A model generated the notes under the pieces. It was not told where the DNA came from, searched no databases, and saw nothing but the letters and a program-made list of their open reading frames with translations. The translations under genes were made by a program, and so were the position numbers. Positions 37,101 through 41,179 of a stretch of 64,000 nt of DNA are shown here, piece by piece. The stretch's first letter is position 1, and the number at the start of each line of letters is the position of its first letter. The stretch spans positions 302,101 through 366,100 of the forward strand of contig MEZX01000002.1 in the NCBI GenBank assembly GCA_001774395.1. The letters run 5' to 3'. Source of the DNA: Candidatus Berkelbacteria bacterium RIFCSPLOWO2_01_FULL_50_28. Lineage in GTDB: Bacteria; Patescibacteriota; UBA1384; 2-12-FULL-50-11.

Positions 37101-40100
37101 ACATCTTCATCAGCATCGTTATCGTATAGAGTCAACTCCGAATAAGTTTTGGTTTGGTTATCGGCCGACCCCACCGAAAAAGTATGGGCGGTCAGCACCA
37201 TGCCCGTGATGTTACCGCTCCCATCGTAGTTGGTAATACCGGTAGACTCGTTGGCGTCACTGGCGCCGTCGTGCCAAACTATCACCACTCGCCCCTTACC
37301 GACAAAAACCGAAGAGATCGTCCAAGCTGAGGAGGCAACCGTGGCGTTTTTATTCACTTGCAAAACCCCATCCACCGCTACGGCGACGGTCGCGGCGTCA
37401 ACCGATGACGACCCAGATATATCGATCGTTGAGCCGATCTCAATCCACTGAATGCTGGCCATGGCAAAATCCCAGACGACTGTTACATCACCGGCCGCAC
37501 TTCCTGGTGTGGTGGGACGAAGACGAAGGTTCATCTTGTTATTGGCGGTATCAATTAGGTCTTCGGGGTTGATCTGCTGGCCGTAGACTGATATCGACAG
37601 ATTGCTTATAGAGTCAGCGTAAGCTAGCGTGGCGGAGTTAGAAGTGGGGTTGAGTTGAAGCCAACCACCAGTGGCCTGGTTGAAGCCGCTATAGTCTTTG
37701 AAACCAAATTGAGCGGTCAGCGCCGTTGCACCACAAGGATTCCCGAAAGCCCCGCAACCGGAAAATCTGGTCGCAAAATGTTGGCCGACAATCGAGCTAT
37801 TAGACGGTTGGGTAACGGGGAAGGAGATATTAGAACTTGCTCCTTCTTCAACGGTGGTGTCAGGTGTCGACTCGTTATCAAGGGCGTAGAAAGCGTTAGC
37901 ATCGCCAGTGCCCATGGTAGTGGACTCATCTTCGGTTTCGACGTCAAAGGTGTTTGGTGAGGCAGGGCCGACTAGATTTCTGGTGTTGGCACAGTCTGAA
38001 GCAGTGCCGGAGCCAAACGAAATCTGGCAGTCGCTACTGTCGGTATTCGTTGAACCGACAACCAGATAGGCAAAGTCGAGCCGAAGAGTAGTGGTGCTGT
38101 TTAGATCGCCGTAAAAGCGAATTCTCGTCTCACCCCCATTAATATAATCGGTGGGTGAGATATTATTCTTTGCCCAGGCGTTGGTGGCATCAGCCGTCGC
38201 ACAGGCAATGGCAGCGGAGTTAAGGTTCTCCCATGATGTTGTTGTAAAGTTATAAATCGCAAATTGGTGATCGAGTCCGGCCGTGGCCGCCGAGCAATTG
38301 TAGTCTGCCTTGAAGTAGAAGGTATTCATACCGGCATATGTTTTGATGTTTTTAAAACTTAAATAGTAGTCGGCAATTGAACCAGCGGTGCCAGCTCCAG
38401 CGAGATAAACACCGTCGGCTGTGGTTGTCGATTGTTGGCCACTAGCCGAGTTACCAACCACGTGAGTATTGGCATAGGTGCCGGCTAGAGCACCGCCACT
38501 ACCATTCAGGTTTGTGACTCCAGCAGGATGGTAAACTGTGTCAATGATTGGCTGAATTCTAAGAAAATCAACATCGATGGCAGTGGCTGTTTGAACGGTA
38601 TTATACAAACGGATCTTAACGCCGTTACTGGCGTGAAAGAAATTTGTTAACGGTGTTGAAATGGCTGTTCCACCGGTGGTTCCAGTCGTAAAGTAGCCAT
38701 CGAAAATTTGCCATTGAAGTGAGATTACGCCATTTGTCGTAAAATCAACGTCAACGTTTGAGGCGTTTTGCGAGTTTACCGAGCGCCAGCCGCCCGTGGT
38801 ACAGTCGCCGTCAGCCGCCACATCGACCGAGGTTGACGAAACCCAGTCGCAGATTTGAACCTTTACTGCCAAAGCGGCATCGGTATCGAACTCAGTTTGA
38901 ATGAGTAATTTATTGGCGCCATTTTGTTTGGCGGAAGTGAAATTTAACTGCATATTGTGATTCGTGCCCACAACATTAGCGCCGTTAATCGACCAGTGGT
39001 AGTTATCATCACCGAGCGTTCCTTGCCAACCACCAGTGTTGACGCCGGTGTTAACGGCGGCGGTTTGACCGAGCCTGGCAATTTCGGTTCCGGCGCCCAG
39101 AGTGTCGCCAGTGGGTGCAAATTGGTAGTTACGAGTTGGATGCGAACTATCTACCACCCAAGAGATGCTGACCATGGCGAAATCCCAGTTGGTGACAGCG
39201 TTATTGCTGGTTAAGCCGGAGGCAGTTGTGCGCAGGCGAACATTCATCACATTATTATTGGTATCGATATGGTCGTCAGGGTTTGTTTGGTTGCCGTATG
39301 TACCGATGGCTAATGCGGTAATCGAATCTGTATAGGCTTGGGTAGCAGTAGCCGACGTAGCACCGACTGCCGTCCAGCCCCCGGTTGCCGCCGTGCTGGT
39401 TGGTGTACCGGAATAATCGCGCAAGCCCATTTGTACCGTCAGGGCAGTGGTGGTGCAGACGCTACAGCCGGAGAATCGTCCAGCATAATGGTTGGCGACC
39501 ACTTGGGCGTCAGAGGGGACTGTCACGGGAAAGTTAATGTTGGCGGCTGTCGCTTCCTCGAGAGTGGCGTCACCGTCATTATCAAGAGCATAATAATCGT
39601 TATTAACAGTGTTAGATTCGTCCTCGGCGGTATTGGCGAAGGCGACTGCCGTAGCTGGTCCAATTAAATCTCGAGCGTTGGTGCAGTCAGTCGCCGTACC
39701 CGTGCCCCAAGTAATCTCACACTGAGCACTATCGGAATTGGTTGAGCCGACCATCAAATAGGCGAAATCTTGACGAAGGGTGACGGTGGAGTTTGCGCTA
39801 CCGTACATCCTGATTCTAACTTCATCACCAGAAGCTTCGTCAATATAATCAGCGGGAGTAATGTTGTTTTTGGACCAGGCATTAGTGGCCGCTGATCCAG
39901 AACAGGCGATAGAAGCAGAGGTTAAGTTCTCCCAAGTTCCGGCGGTAAAATTACGAATAGCATAGTCAAAGTTTATCCCCGTGGTACTGCAGTAGTACTC
40001 AGATTTAAAGTAAAAGGCATTCATACCAGTGTAGGTTTTGACATTCTTGAAGGTTAAGTAAGAATCAGAGATTGACCCAGCGGTGCCGGCAACATCGATC

Positions 40101-41050
40101 GAAACTCCGTCAGCACTCGTCACATTCTGCTGACCGGTGGCGGTATTACCGACGATGTGAGTATTGGCATATATACCAGTGACTGTGCCAACTCCAAGGT
40201 TGGTAAAGCTCGAGGCTTGATATACCGGATCAACCAAGGCATTAGCTCGCAAAAAGTCGACAGCGACATCAGCAGAGCCAACAACATCGCTATCCGACCA
40301 GTAACGAACACGAATTGGTTGGGTATCGCTAGAGGTAAAGTTGGTTAAGGGAGTTGATATGGCCGTTCCGCCGCCAGTACCACTTGAGAAGTAGCCATCA
40401 TATATATGCCACTGGAAAGCGGCTGGACTCGTTAGGGCTATATCGACATCGACGTTGGAAGCATTTTGACTCATCAACGATCGCCAACCACCGCCGGTAC
40501 ACTGGCCGTCCGTGGTCGCATCGACCGAAGTCGACGAAACCCAATCGCAAATTTGAATCTTCAAAACTCGACTAGCCGAATCAAGGTCAACTTCTGTTTG
40601 AATGATGAGTTTATTAGCCCCTGCCAGTTTAGCGATTCCTAAATCAAGCTGCATATTGAGGTTCGGCGTCGCGGCATCGGCCGCTGTTACCTGCCAGTGA
40701 AAGTTGTCGTCGGACAGAGTTCCTTTCCAGGAACCGGTGTTAACGCCTTCGGTGGCTCCTGCCAACAGTGAGTTGGCATTTTGCCCTGTCCCGACTACTA
40801 GATTTCCGGAAGTTGGGACAAACTGATAGGTGCTGGCCAATGCCTTTGGGGGATTTTGGTTAATTGAAGATCTGGGGTTAATAAGCCAACTGGCTGAGCT
40901 GGTTACGGTGAGGAGGATCAAGATCATTAAGATCGGGATTCGGAACGGGTTATTTTTCCAGGTATCCCAAACTAGAGTCACGCTCTGGCGGTAGAGATTA
41001 CGATAGATACCGTCCAGGCGTTTTTTGGCTTTTTCAACCCGCGCGGTCAT
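13157..41050 (-). CDS. Giant secreted surface protein (~9,297 aa): tandem N-terminal domains, beta-solenoid stalk, two beta-propellers, two LamG, two NosD-like beta-helices, FN3-like region, C-terminal WxL-like domain
   Basis: Uninterrupted 27.9-kb ORF; ATG 41050 preferred because the TTG at 41068 lies in a repeat; N-terminal hydrophobic segment; ends ANPYTTEVLYILTGTF with no C-terminal TM. Confidence 0.9.
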   Translation of the reverse strand: MTARVEKAKKRLDGIYRNLYRQSVTLVWDTWKNNPFRIPILMILILLTVTSSASWLINPRSSINQNPPKALASTYQFVPTSGNLVVGTGQNANSLLAGATEGVNTGSWKGTLSDDNFHWQVTAADAATPNLNMQLDLGIAKLAGANKLIIQTEVDLDSASRVLKIQICDWVSSTSVDATTDGQCTGGGWRSLMSQNASNVDVDIALTSPAAFQWHIYDGYFSSGTGGGTAISTPLTNFTSSDTQPIRVRYWSDSDVVGSADVAVDFLRANALVDPVYQASSFTNLGVGTVTGIYANTHIVGNTATGQQNVTSADGVSIDVAGTAGSISDSYLTFKNVKTYTGMNAFYFKSEYYCSTTGINFDYAIRNFTAGTWENLTSASIACSGSAATNAWSKNNITPADYIDEASGDEVRIRMYGSANSTVTLRQDFAYLMVGSTNSDSAQCEITWGTGTATDCTNARDLIGPATAVAFANTAEDESNTVNNDYYALDNDGDATLEEATAANINFPVTVPSDAQVVANHYAGRFSGCSVCTTTALTVQMGLRDYSGTPTSTAATGGWTAVGATSATATQAYTDSITALAIGTYGNQTNPDDHIDTNNNVMNVRLRTTASGLTSNNAVTNWDFAMVSISWVVDSSHPTRNYQFAPTGDTLGAGTEIARLGQTAAVNTGVNTGGWQGTLGDDNYHWSINGANVVGTNHNMQLNFTSAKQNGANKLLIQTEFDTDAALAVKVQICDWVSSTSVDVAADGDCTTGGWRSVNSQNASNVDVDFTTNGVISLQWQIFDGYFTTGTTGGTAISTPLTNFFHASNGVKIRLYNTVQTATAIDVDFLRIQPIIDTVYHPAGVTNLNGSGGALAGTYANTHVVGNSASGQQSTTTADGVYLAGAGTAGSIADYYLSFKNIKTYAGMNTFYFKADYNCSAATAGLDHQFAIYNFTTTSWENLNSAAIACATADATNAWAKNNISPTDYINGGETRIRFYGDLNSTTTLRLDFAYLVVGSTNTDSSDCQISFGSGTASDCANTRNLVGPASPNTFDVETEDESTTMGTGDANAFYALDNESTPDTTVEEGASSNISFPVTQPSNSSIVGQHFATRFSGCGAFGNPCGATALTAQFGFKDYSGFNQATGGWLQLNPTSNSATLAYADSISNLSISVYGQQINPEDLIDTANNKMNLRLRPTTPGSAAGDVTVVWDFAMASIQWIEIGSTIDISGSSSVDAATVAVAVDGVLQVNKNATVASSAWTISSVFVGKGRVVIVWHDGASDANESTGITNYDGSGNITGMVLTAHTFSVGSADNQTKTYSELTLYDNDADEDVMYKAISNTISVDATSSYADETLDILSSNSLTVGGSETLTTLNLTVNGTLTSGGATTYNVGGNYTNNGTFTASTSTVTLNGAAAQTLSGTMTTTSAFYNLTLTNASGADATDDERTNFVAGIDFAASATVTNNYTIAVASVRVEYNTGSTYTMTNINWNGAAVGTRIFFRNSAASGSWLLNVSGTQTNVAYVNVSRSDASSGSTISAGNGTNYDGNNNTNWSFTAVITGTVYMANETTIGTSGNGGPCDGAATNVSLRVNGGAENTASCSNTTAVFSFTGLTVNSGDRVTIYLTSTMKANTVLVAQSNGAYSIDLYENRVSVTYTTGSSIVIDNLTDYDSDQNNTDMLYDAENAATDTLILESGIELHIPTSKAFAPGGSVTTPKLHIKGTYTGIPGDFSATLTLNESGTGTARPLYIDGGTFTSPATTVFSGDGTADIQHTTYTDLYITPTITADRTYTLTTGTLTVNGGMQVNPTASSTTKTLTVNLGGTTTIAANRTLTITGTGTGASVVNTTASNSYALSVGTMDIDNTGSGGTLTANNSTITSTASSWTQTGTFNAGTSTVVMNKDASGGITSNNPITFYNLTLSPAISTSGRTYTFGTSALTINGNFTISPSGTQLLTVNMGANITVAATKATTITRTGTATSKIDVRPSSTDYNLTTGRLNIATGGTLDAASASSVITLTSISGTLFTRAGTFTVGTSEVKVTSASGTPTFLSGATTFHKLTINSTATVINMSGAVTINNVSGAALTITAGVFNVDANNITGPGATNGTLTIASGATLCLGGTTGSTNATCNSGATQTTTRNMPTFQTYAFNSASTTRYLSDVAQTVSQAPVYGNLQITPTLTANRTYTLGSSNQRVNSFVYANSKYIAMGFDDASGTFDAVIWESTDLVSWTPRTVAGGTGNQTISSLIYDGTKYVAAGGDAASGTYDAYVWESTDLISWTPRTVASGAGGQNLVSIIYTGSKYIVAGNDDASGTNDAVVWESTDLISWTPRTVANGANHQVINAFTYGGSKYVAAGTDSSVTPGFCGFGNCDAYIWESTDLISWTRRTVANSAGSEDILSIIYDGAKYVVAGYDLGVGSGDGLVWESSDLITWTPRTVASGTSGQVLYSVIYGGSKYVATGYDNIMGTLDAFAWESTDLITWTPRIVSAGVEQQWAYSIIYDGAKYVVGGRHDATNQVADAVVWESTDLITWTDHAASPGLTVNGDLTINPTIASGSSVLTANVSGNLTVASGKTTTITRTTSNTANLVLAPGWTNYNLSTGNLNIVTGGTLTAGSSIVTLTASGTPLTVTGTFTPSTSSVSYAGTSATNVTAATYYNLLVGNNADGNATTFTAVGNSTVQQKLTIGNASSSVSDTFAASSTTLTLSGSPSTTPLNVTSKGTFQADTSTVVYAGEGAVAPSINYNQLKIGGNNGLARAAGLNNNSGETNNFGAVIDQPNGFAYYATNDSPSRIIKYRLSDFTRVGSIILNSGEGSIYAPGVIDQPNGFIYFGTNDSPAKIVKINLSNFTRVGAITLDTGENSIRSAVIDQPNGFAYFGTYTTAGRVVKVQLSDFTRVGAITFSAGEDNLQFGAVIDQPNGFAYFGTATTTGIVVKVQLSDFTRVGAITFSAGESRVYSAVIDQPNGLTYFGTYDDLSQTAGRVVKVQLSDFTRVGAITFDSGELGAISAVIDQPNGLAYFGTLTTPGKVIKVRLGLSQTPIGTGSSQTITATGTLTVDGHGIGSTHNPTINAQGDLTISASAKLTSTSGALTVGGNYSNSGTFTHNSGTVTFNATDTGNTIQGTLSGSTGKFNNLIFNGSSGEWTPNAAVEVVNDLTMTAGTLLGTQNVTVNGTAAGTAGIITLTGGTFENRVAANKNFGTSSGSNAWTFYELTFSNSHGSSPFVITTQTGGSGGITVSSILRVGKSGDAAGATTTLNAGNRIWTLSGTAGDPFQLLASPLGVLAGGTSKFYYTGANGAGNTTIQSTSGSYYDLEINADDAFVLEEATVVTNNLTITLGTLDVTAGNFALTIGNNYSNAGGTFTAQSGTVTFNATDTGNTLAGTMTGGSAFFNLVFDGVAGGWTYSNAVAATNDFTVINGAVTANNLALTVTRDFTLANTSGVSYTAGSSTITVSRHFTNNGDKFVEGTSTVNMTGTGTLASASGFYNLGVAYTGFVTTSSGINGGNSTTNQLALNGGTMTYGASYVNTGCTGTCTPIVFNSATTINGGGVFYFWPVGASAIMTIPAGDYGNWSMNFAFTNNNQTYTQTGATITSQWWSFGTYAYTGGVYNTNGNTVTATAGISLGARGSTGSATVNFGASTVNSGSFLITSAGAGLESWTLNLESSTLNFTTNVDFTASAHAQIAVLDGGSSTVNFNSNSTRTYTPAGFSLYNGNIAAGANSLTLGGAAIFTNNFTITSGTFDVSAAPYALTIGGNYSNSGTFTARTGTVTLNGSATQTLSGTMTTTSAFYNLTLTNSSGTSPSDNERTGWVAGIDFNAAATVTNNYVITTANVRVEYESAATYTVANINWNGAAIGTRIYFRNSAITGTWLLNVSGIQIAVSYVNVSRSDASSGSAIVASDGTNFNAQNNTNWTFSGTVTGTVYGTDESTAVVSGPTVRMYINGTTTETTTANGSGVFTFTTGTNANDVLSIYLDTAGGITGSTVTKATGSALSNIHIYQDRLTTRCDNTCSLTNTNIDSWDKGNDTDIHATVTTSNLVVDNDWKLKVTNNTFAPGGTITTSPAGGSSYQGQVGIDASSVLDMAGFALSIGGNYSNSGTFTSGSNTTSFTDTATGNTLAGTMTGASSFYNLVFDGVAGGWTYSSAVAATNDFTVTNGAVTANNLALTVTRDFTLANTSGVSYIAGSSTLTVSRHFTDTGYKYAYGTSTLILNGTGTLTALNNSSLFYNISLAYTTFTSTVASQIRVSNTFTVNGGTLTKSGSVWINLQCSGSCTPMVFAAPTAMTGGGTFYQQAGGTTPTKTIAAGDYGNWNLNTTSYTNSATYQLGGTVTTTGTFRLDSNNTGLVFNTQNYTLNVGAFTFGSAGWLLQNTTANFGSSTINVTGNFYADASAGNHTVNLNTSTVNVGGNWQNLNGTGSLILSPGTSTVNMTATTTGKTITSNGQSFYNLVFNGVGGGWTFQDATIATNDFTVTNGAVTANNLALTVTRDFTLANTAGVSYTAGSSTITVSRHWNDTGTKFVYGTSTVALNGTGTIAVAAAASFNHLSVGYSTFTTTFPSGSGGWQMMGQLTFNGGTVTNGGGGTWFHIRVNGTNNTPVVFASPTTITGINSIGINSNSAGPYTVTVAGGNYGSWGINLYGANTGVTFQLGGNLTTSFYFRQANSSGGDSIFNTQNYNITSPTYQFGQTGSSCLSTAANWGSSTITLSGTGDGLYVESNCGAHTLNMGSANIDVKGNVKFVNGTGTIAVTASTSTLTWTNTSGTKTYSPNGQLLYNITLNGSGGTVTPDAAVIVANDLTMTAGTLNGTQNVTVNGAVAGTAGIISLTGGTFEQRVGAAKNFGTTSGSAAWTFYDLTFSNSHGSSPFTVTTQTGGTGGITVSDILKVGKSGDSAGATTTLDAGNRTWTLSGTGGDPFQILASPLGVLTGATSTFKYTGNNAGGNTTIQSTSGSYYNLEINDGLQGYWKMDEGTGTNAVDVSGNGNDGTLGGATGGLPTWTTSVSSNNHYGGSGSDPYGVTLDGNDDKMEKSSYSGFPTTVISAAFWIKTSDTSNGMISYASSGSDNAFLLFDSNNITVYINGSSRATGVDINDNAWHHVVVTWRSSDGQLDVYKDGVSGYSNTFAASAVILGGGCLEIGQEQDSVCGGLDAGQATAGSFNDVRIYNRLLSSTEASALAAGNHPTYETYVLEADTTVTNNLGVRTGALDVTASNFALTVGGNLTNVSNFAPNSGTVTMNSTASGKTIQSDPAFYKLKFHNASGGGGWTSQNRLLVDTTSGTPAADALVIGNGTVTIGDGNADNLLVYGGIDIAVNANETGILQTMDALAEGSTITLQVNKDTSTQCANCIVDVGASSGSGQGTLTINENGILKLIPKSSATASDTGVEVASTGKLNVTGALSLAATTSTAITDYDNRETKLCATADFSAGYTSKHVRATTGLAIGQIYPITATTVNDAQCDTATDDSITRADTSTASVVSASRTLSLNNTIMAVCIPDSITANDQKIGSYMRDFTGTKGYFQIVDSANDSASCTGTDDLLKVIESPDVFSGFTSGDTVDISDGVRPGDQFEIYDYANVTAEDGVACTAAVNEAGESYIYAIAGSEIAMTYADICNLGRNTFSKNGVSLYTLNGTNANEGITIDRSRLRNGYDGAYLSATTNNNTGNSKGITNSSATGNADYGFRLISGANSNTLTSNTASNNTLYGIRLDSSNSNILTSNTANNNTQRGINLTTSSNNTLTSNSAVGNISKGILIETSSYNNTLTSNTAIGNVDVGIQLINAYNNTLTSNSAIANSSDGIILVSASNNYLSSNSSTSNTDEGFFIYLSSNNNTFKSNTATNNTNYGFRLYDGSNNNILTSNQSGGQSRGLAVEGTVSTGNVVIDDVYGTSPNTVADIVFGNVGAHTLSLYNTTLSSSTEVTGVTLAASYIVSRKHDGVAGSTKIWGEYAIPSDTAETPQDEDTDKFNYANNLWEKSVTAHRYSGTGTEDTNLSYDLTAPADLSAGPYAYRLVTKTAGVGASCVTSQAVMDVYRNGTDVGDLTTGTLFTDSTGAVNTKFTVDCGATPYALNATYTFTAFDADNSTSTATKTVTVQQDGDIITVPSGGTMQFDGGVSNRSTLAVLTPASMSFDLTNSGTISGGYNDLTVTGSVNGSNGTYSMTTGSILIQRVIAASKTFGNSGAGSNGWTLQDLKFENASGATKTVTTNGTNTGSIITSGTLTIGKATDSFSTTLDNETNDRIIDADGDVTITGFGVLQASSTASFTIGSSYINDGTLTAGTGTVTFDSTSTGKTLGGQGIYNTPFYNLTFNGVGGAWELGNDGPMFISNDLTITNGTVTSSFYGLKIGGSYSNSGTFTHNSASVIMSATDTGNTLGGTMTGASAFYDLTFDGVAGDWSFGANAVTFANDLTITNGTVTAPSTTLTIGGNYSNSGTFTANSGTVTLDGSATQTLSGTMTTTSAFYNLTLTNSSGTSPSDNERTGWVAGIDFNASATVTNNYVITTANVRVEYNSGSTYTIANINWNGAAIGTRIYFRNSAITGTWLLNVSGIQTAVSYVNVSRSDASSGSAIVASDGTNFNAQNNTNWTFSGTVTGTVYGTDETTAVATGPTVRMYINGTTTETAVANGSGVFTFTTGANANDVLSIYLDTAGGIGGLTVTKATGSALSNIHIYQSRLTTRCDNTCSLTNANIDNWDKGNDTDIHATVTTSNLVVDSDWKLKVTNNTFAPGGTITTSPAGGSSYQGQVGIDASSVLDMAGNALSIGGNYSNSGTFTSGSNTTTFTDTATGNTLAGTMTGASSFYNLVFDGVAGGWTYSNAVAATNDYTVTNGAVTANNLALTVTRDFTLANTSGVSYTAGSSTITVSRHWTDSGAKFVSGTSTVALNGTGTMAFAYLLFYNLSIGYSGFTTTLPNTTFGITSGGTMTVNGGTVAGGGNFVVIHCVATCTPFVFASPTSLTGTMTVYYEADAGSFNMTIAGGNYGSWQVSTNSNTNNTAYILGGDLTTTSSFRLRAPNSGTGNTFSTQNYAINAANFTFGYVATGAFAASFGSSVITLTSDLQVASNGGTHTLNMQTSTVDVKGNVTFVNGTGTIAVTPGTSTLTMSAVATGKTITSNAQSFYNLVFNGVGGGWTLQDAMSVTNNFSITNGTFDTNTTFNYALTIGGNLTGNAGTWTLTERASTITVSGNWDTSAVATDSTSIVEGTSTVVMNGTGTKTLKTGATSTWLARFYNLNVGQSGNTTQLLSNTGMNGTISLGTGTFDLNTFSMQIDSLITTPFSLNPAGTWGTSSGTLYVFNDSNPTTNYNLPAFTYNSSVQTNQSTGSKTTFQGTTIINGNLSIGCCSRASEFDLSGQTVTVSGNVTFNTTTAILTMGAATLNVGGNFTNVAGAVFTANTSTVNFTSTTTGKTITSAGDSFYNLTFNGSGGAWTPQDALVATNDLTMTAGTLSGTQNVTVNGSVAGTAGIISLTGGTFEQRVIADKNFGTTSGSTAWTFSDLTFSNSCTSICNPQNTVTTQTGATGGITVSGVLRVGKSGDTYITVLNAGNRTWTLSGTAGDPFQILASPLGVLTGATSTFKYTGNNAGGNTTIQSTSGSYYNLEVNDGLVGYWKMDEGTGTSTTADISGTGATGTLYNSPTWTTAVNNNNYYGGSGSDPYGLDFSVASSQYIQGSYNAALNPSAFTISAWARVEGGAGTWRSVITSRDSTPAGYIIYAGSDNKWQFWTGAGTWKVVTGPTITDNVWYHLIATYDGVNMYLFVDGTSYGPTASTLTQNTVRDLRIGAGATEGSPNYYFEGKIDDVRVYNRVLGTTERTDMDAGNHPTYETYVLEADTTVTNNLGVRTGSLDVTASNYALTVGGNLTNVSNFAPNSGTVTMNSTASGKTIQSDPAFYKLKFHNASGGGGWTSQNRLLVDTTSGTPAADALVIGNGTVTIGDGSADNLLVYGGIDIAVNANETGILQTMDALAEGSTITLQVNKDTSTQCANCIVDVGASSGSGQGTLTINENGILKLIPKSSATASDTGVEVASTGKLNVIGALSLAATTSTAITDYDIRETKICANATFTTDQYNSLNVRATSGLAIGQIYPITDTTVDDAQCDTSTHDSITRADTSTASVVSASKAISVGNTIMTVCIPDSITADNQKIGSYMRDFTGTKGYFQITDSVNDYAGCSGTNDYLKVIASPDAFSGFTAGDTVDISDGVRPGDQFEIYDYANVTAEDGVACTATANEAGESYIRAIAGSETAMNYADVCNLGRNATSKYGVQFDTVNGTNASEGVTIDRSRLRSNYYGTYLNGATNNNTGNSKGITNSSSTSNLSYGFQLLNSANSNTFTSNAVSSNLASGFFLNSTANSNTFTSNTTTGNAGYGFYFNASSANNTLTSNVSTGNTSYGFYLLSSSTNNTLTSNSAIGNASGGFLTQNSANSNTFTSNSALGNSGYGFNVNNVTNNSFTSNTVTGNGTYGIALTTSASRNTFTSNTTNDNGTYGILIYGVSNNTFTGNQSGGQSYGLAVDNTTATGNVVISDVYGTAPNTSADVLFAGAGAHTLSLYNTTLSSSTEVTGVTVAGAYIVSRKHDTSAGATKIWGEYAIPADTAESPQVESTDKFNYANNLWEKSVTAHGYSGTGTEDTNLAYDLSAPADLSGGPYAYKLVTKTAGVGASCVTSQAVMDVYRNGTDVGDLTTGTLFTDSTGAVNTKFTVDCGATPYALNATYTFTAFDADNSTSVIKPMTMMQDGDIFTVGSGKTLEMKGQTTSTNLSTVTRGASGGYHFDVAGTIDAQYYKFSYLGGTSGGTGLDLQSGATLTNLDDGQFDNFQNVGATDTYMKVHGSLIGTGAPAKTWDNMIFLEASDNVPEYSVTQIATGAPAAGNYWVLYPATCTGWASCEASDSDTGDGGSDTLGFLHWTSAPIAPSSLVQMKTDDTVLATGDWTNEASVKFTALASDPDAADTLYLCVEKDPVATALSSVDGGDLCGSGVAYTGTPVTVTVTISGLVDGTQYHWQAQVKDAATAYSSWTGYGGNTENPPTNPADRDFGVDTTACTYGSSIYDGTVEDVDASYNDGSLTSVSANWDAYTCDASGLNKYQYSIGTTAGGTDIKTWTDNSTTESVTSTSLILRTNQNYFFNVRAVDNATNTSGVTSSNGQSVLPTISLSLGAVTITFANLNNGNNRTDSKTLTLTSSTNAYGGYVIRQYASSLLTKGIKTIPMFEGGSYASPGAWPGGTCTPSTNCGYGYTSDDTTIQGVNIFSGGTLYAPLRLTEFGDIVADHTTAVDGTSGPVTNEAFTITHKVSVSELQEANPYTTEVLYILTGTF
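14885..21820 (-). repeat. Copy 2 of a ~7-kb intragenic duplication
   Basis: Long near-identical peptides with 22800-29830 (e.g. TYETYVLEADTTVTNNLGVRTG..SDPAFYKLKFHN); offset 7,911-8,010 bp; boundaries approximate. Confidence 0.85.
22800..29830 (-). repeat. Copy 1 of a ~7-kb intragenic duplication
   Basis: For example 29521 matches 21511 (tgccgatggcggcaccgttccagttgatattagcaa) and 25501 matches 17590; boundaries approximate. Confidence 0.85.
31990..32835 (-). repeat. Six coding repeats VIDQPNG..FGT..VVKVQLSDFTRVGAIT (probable beta-propeller)
   Basis: Six ~47-aa units; the DNA atcgctccgacgcgcgtaaaatcacttaactggacttttacgact occurs identically three times. Confidence 0.8.
33480..34520 (-). repeat. 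Seven coding repeats DA.VWESTDLISWTPRTVA (Asp-box/BNR-like, probable 7-blade propeller)
   Basis: Seven ~48-aa units with an S-x-D-x-x-[ST]-W core. Confidence 0.8.
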
Positions 41051-41063
41051 CGTCTTACAATCT

Positions 41064-41123
41064 CCCAATTACCCAATATCAAATGACTCAATTGTGGAAT
41101 TGGATATTGGGATATTGAGTAAT
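41064..41123. repeat. Empty inverted 7/8-mer array variant (CCAATAT..ATATTGG)
   Basis: cccaattacccaatatcaaatgactcaattg-tg-gaattggatattgggatattgagtaatt. Confidence 0.6.
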
Positions 41124-41150
41124 TCACCGTGGTTTTCTCCCATTCGGAGC

Positions 41151-41179
41151 TTGACAAGTTAAAGCTATTTGTTATCATT
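41151..41179 (+). promoter_or_regulatory. Near-consensus promoter antisense to the NYN gene
   Basis: TTGACA (41151-41156), 17 bp, TATCAT (41174-41179) with extended TG; hairpin gcccggtac-ctttt-gtaccgggc at 41189-41211. Confidence 0.5.
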
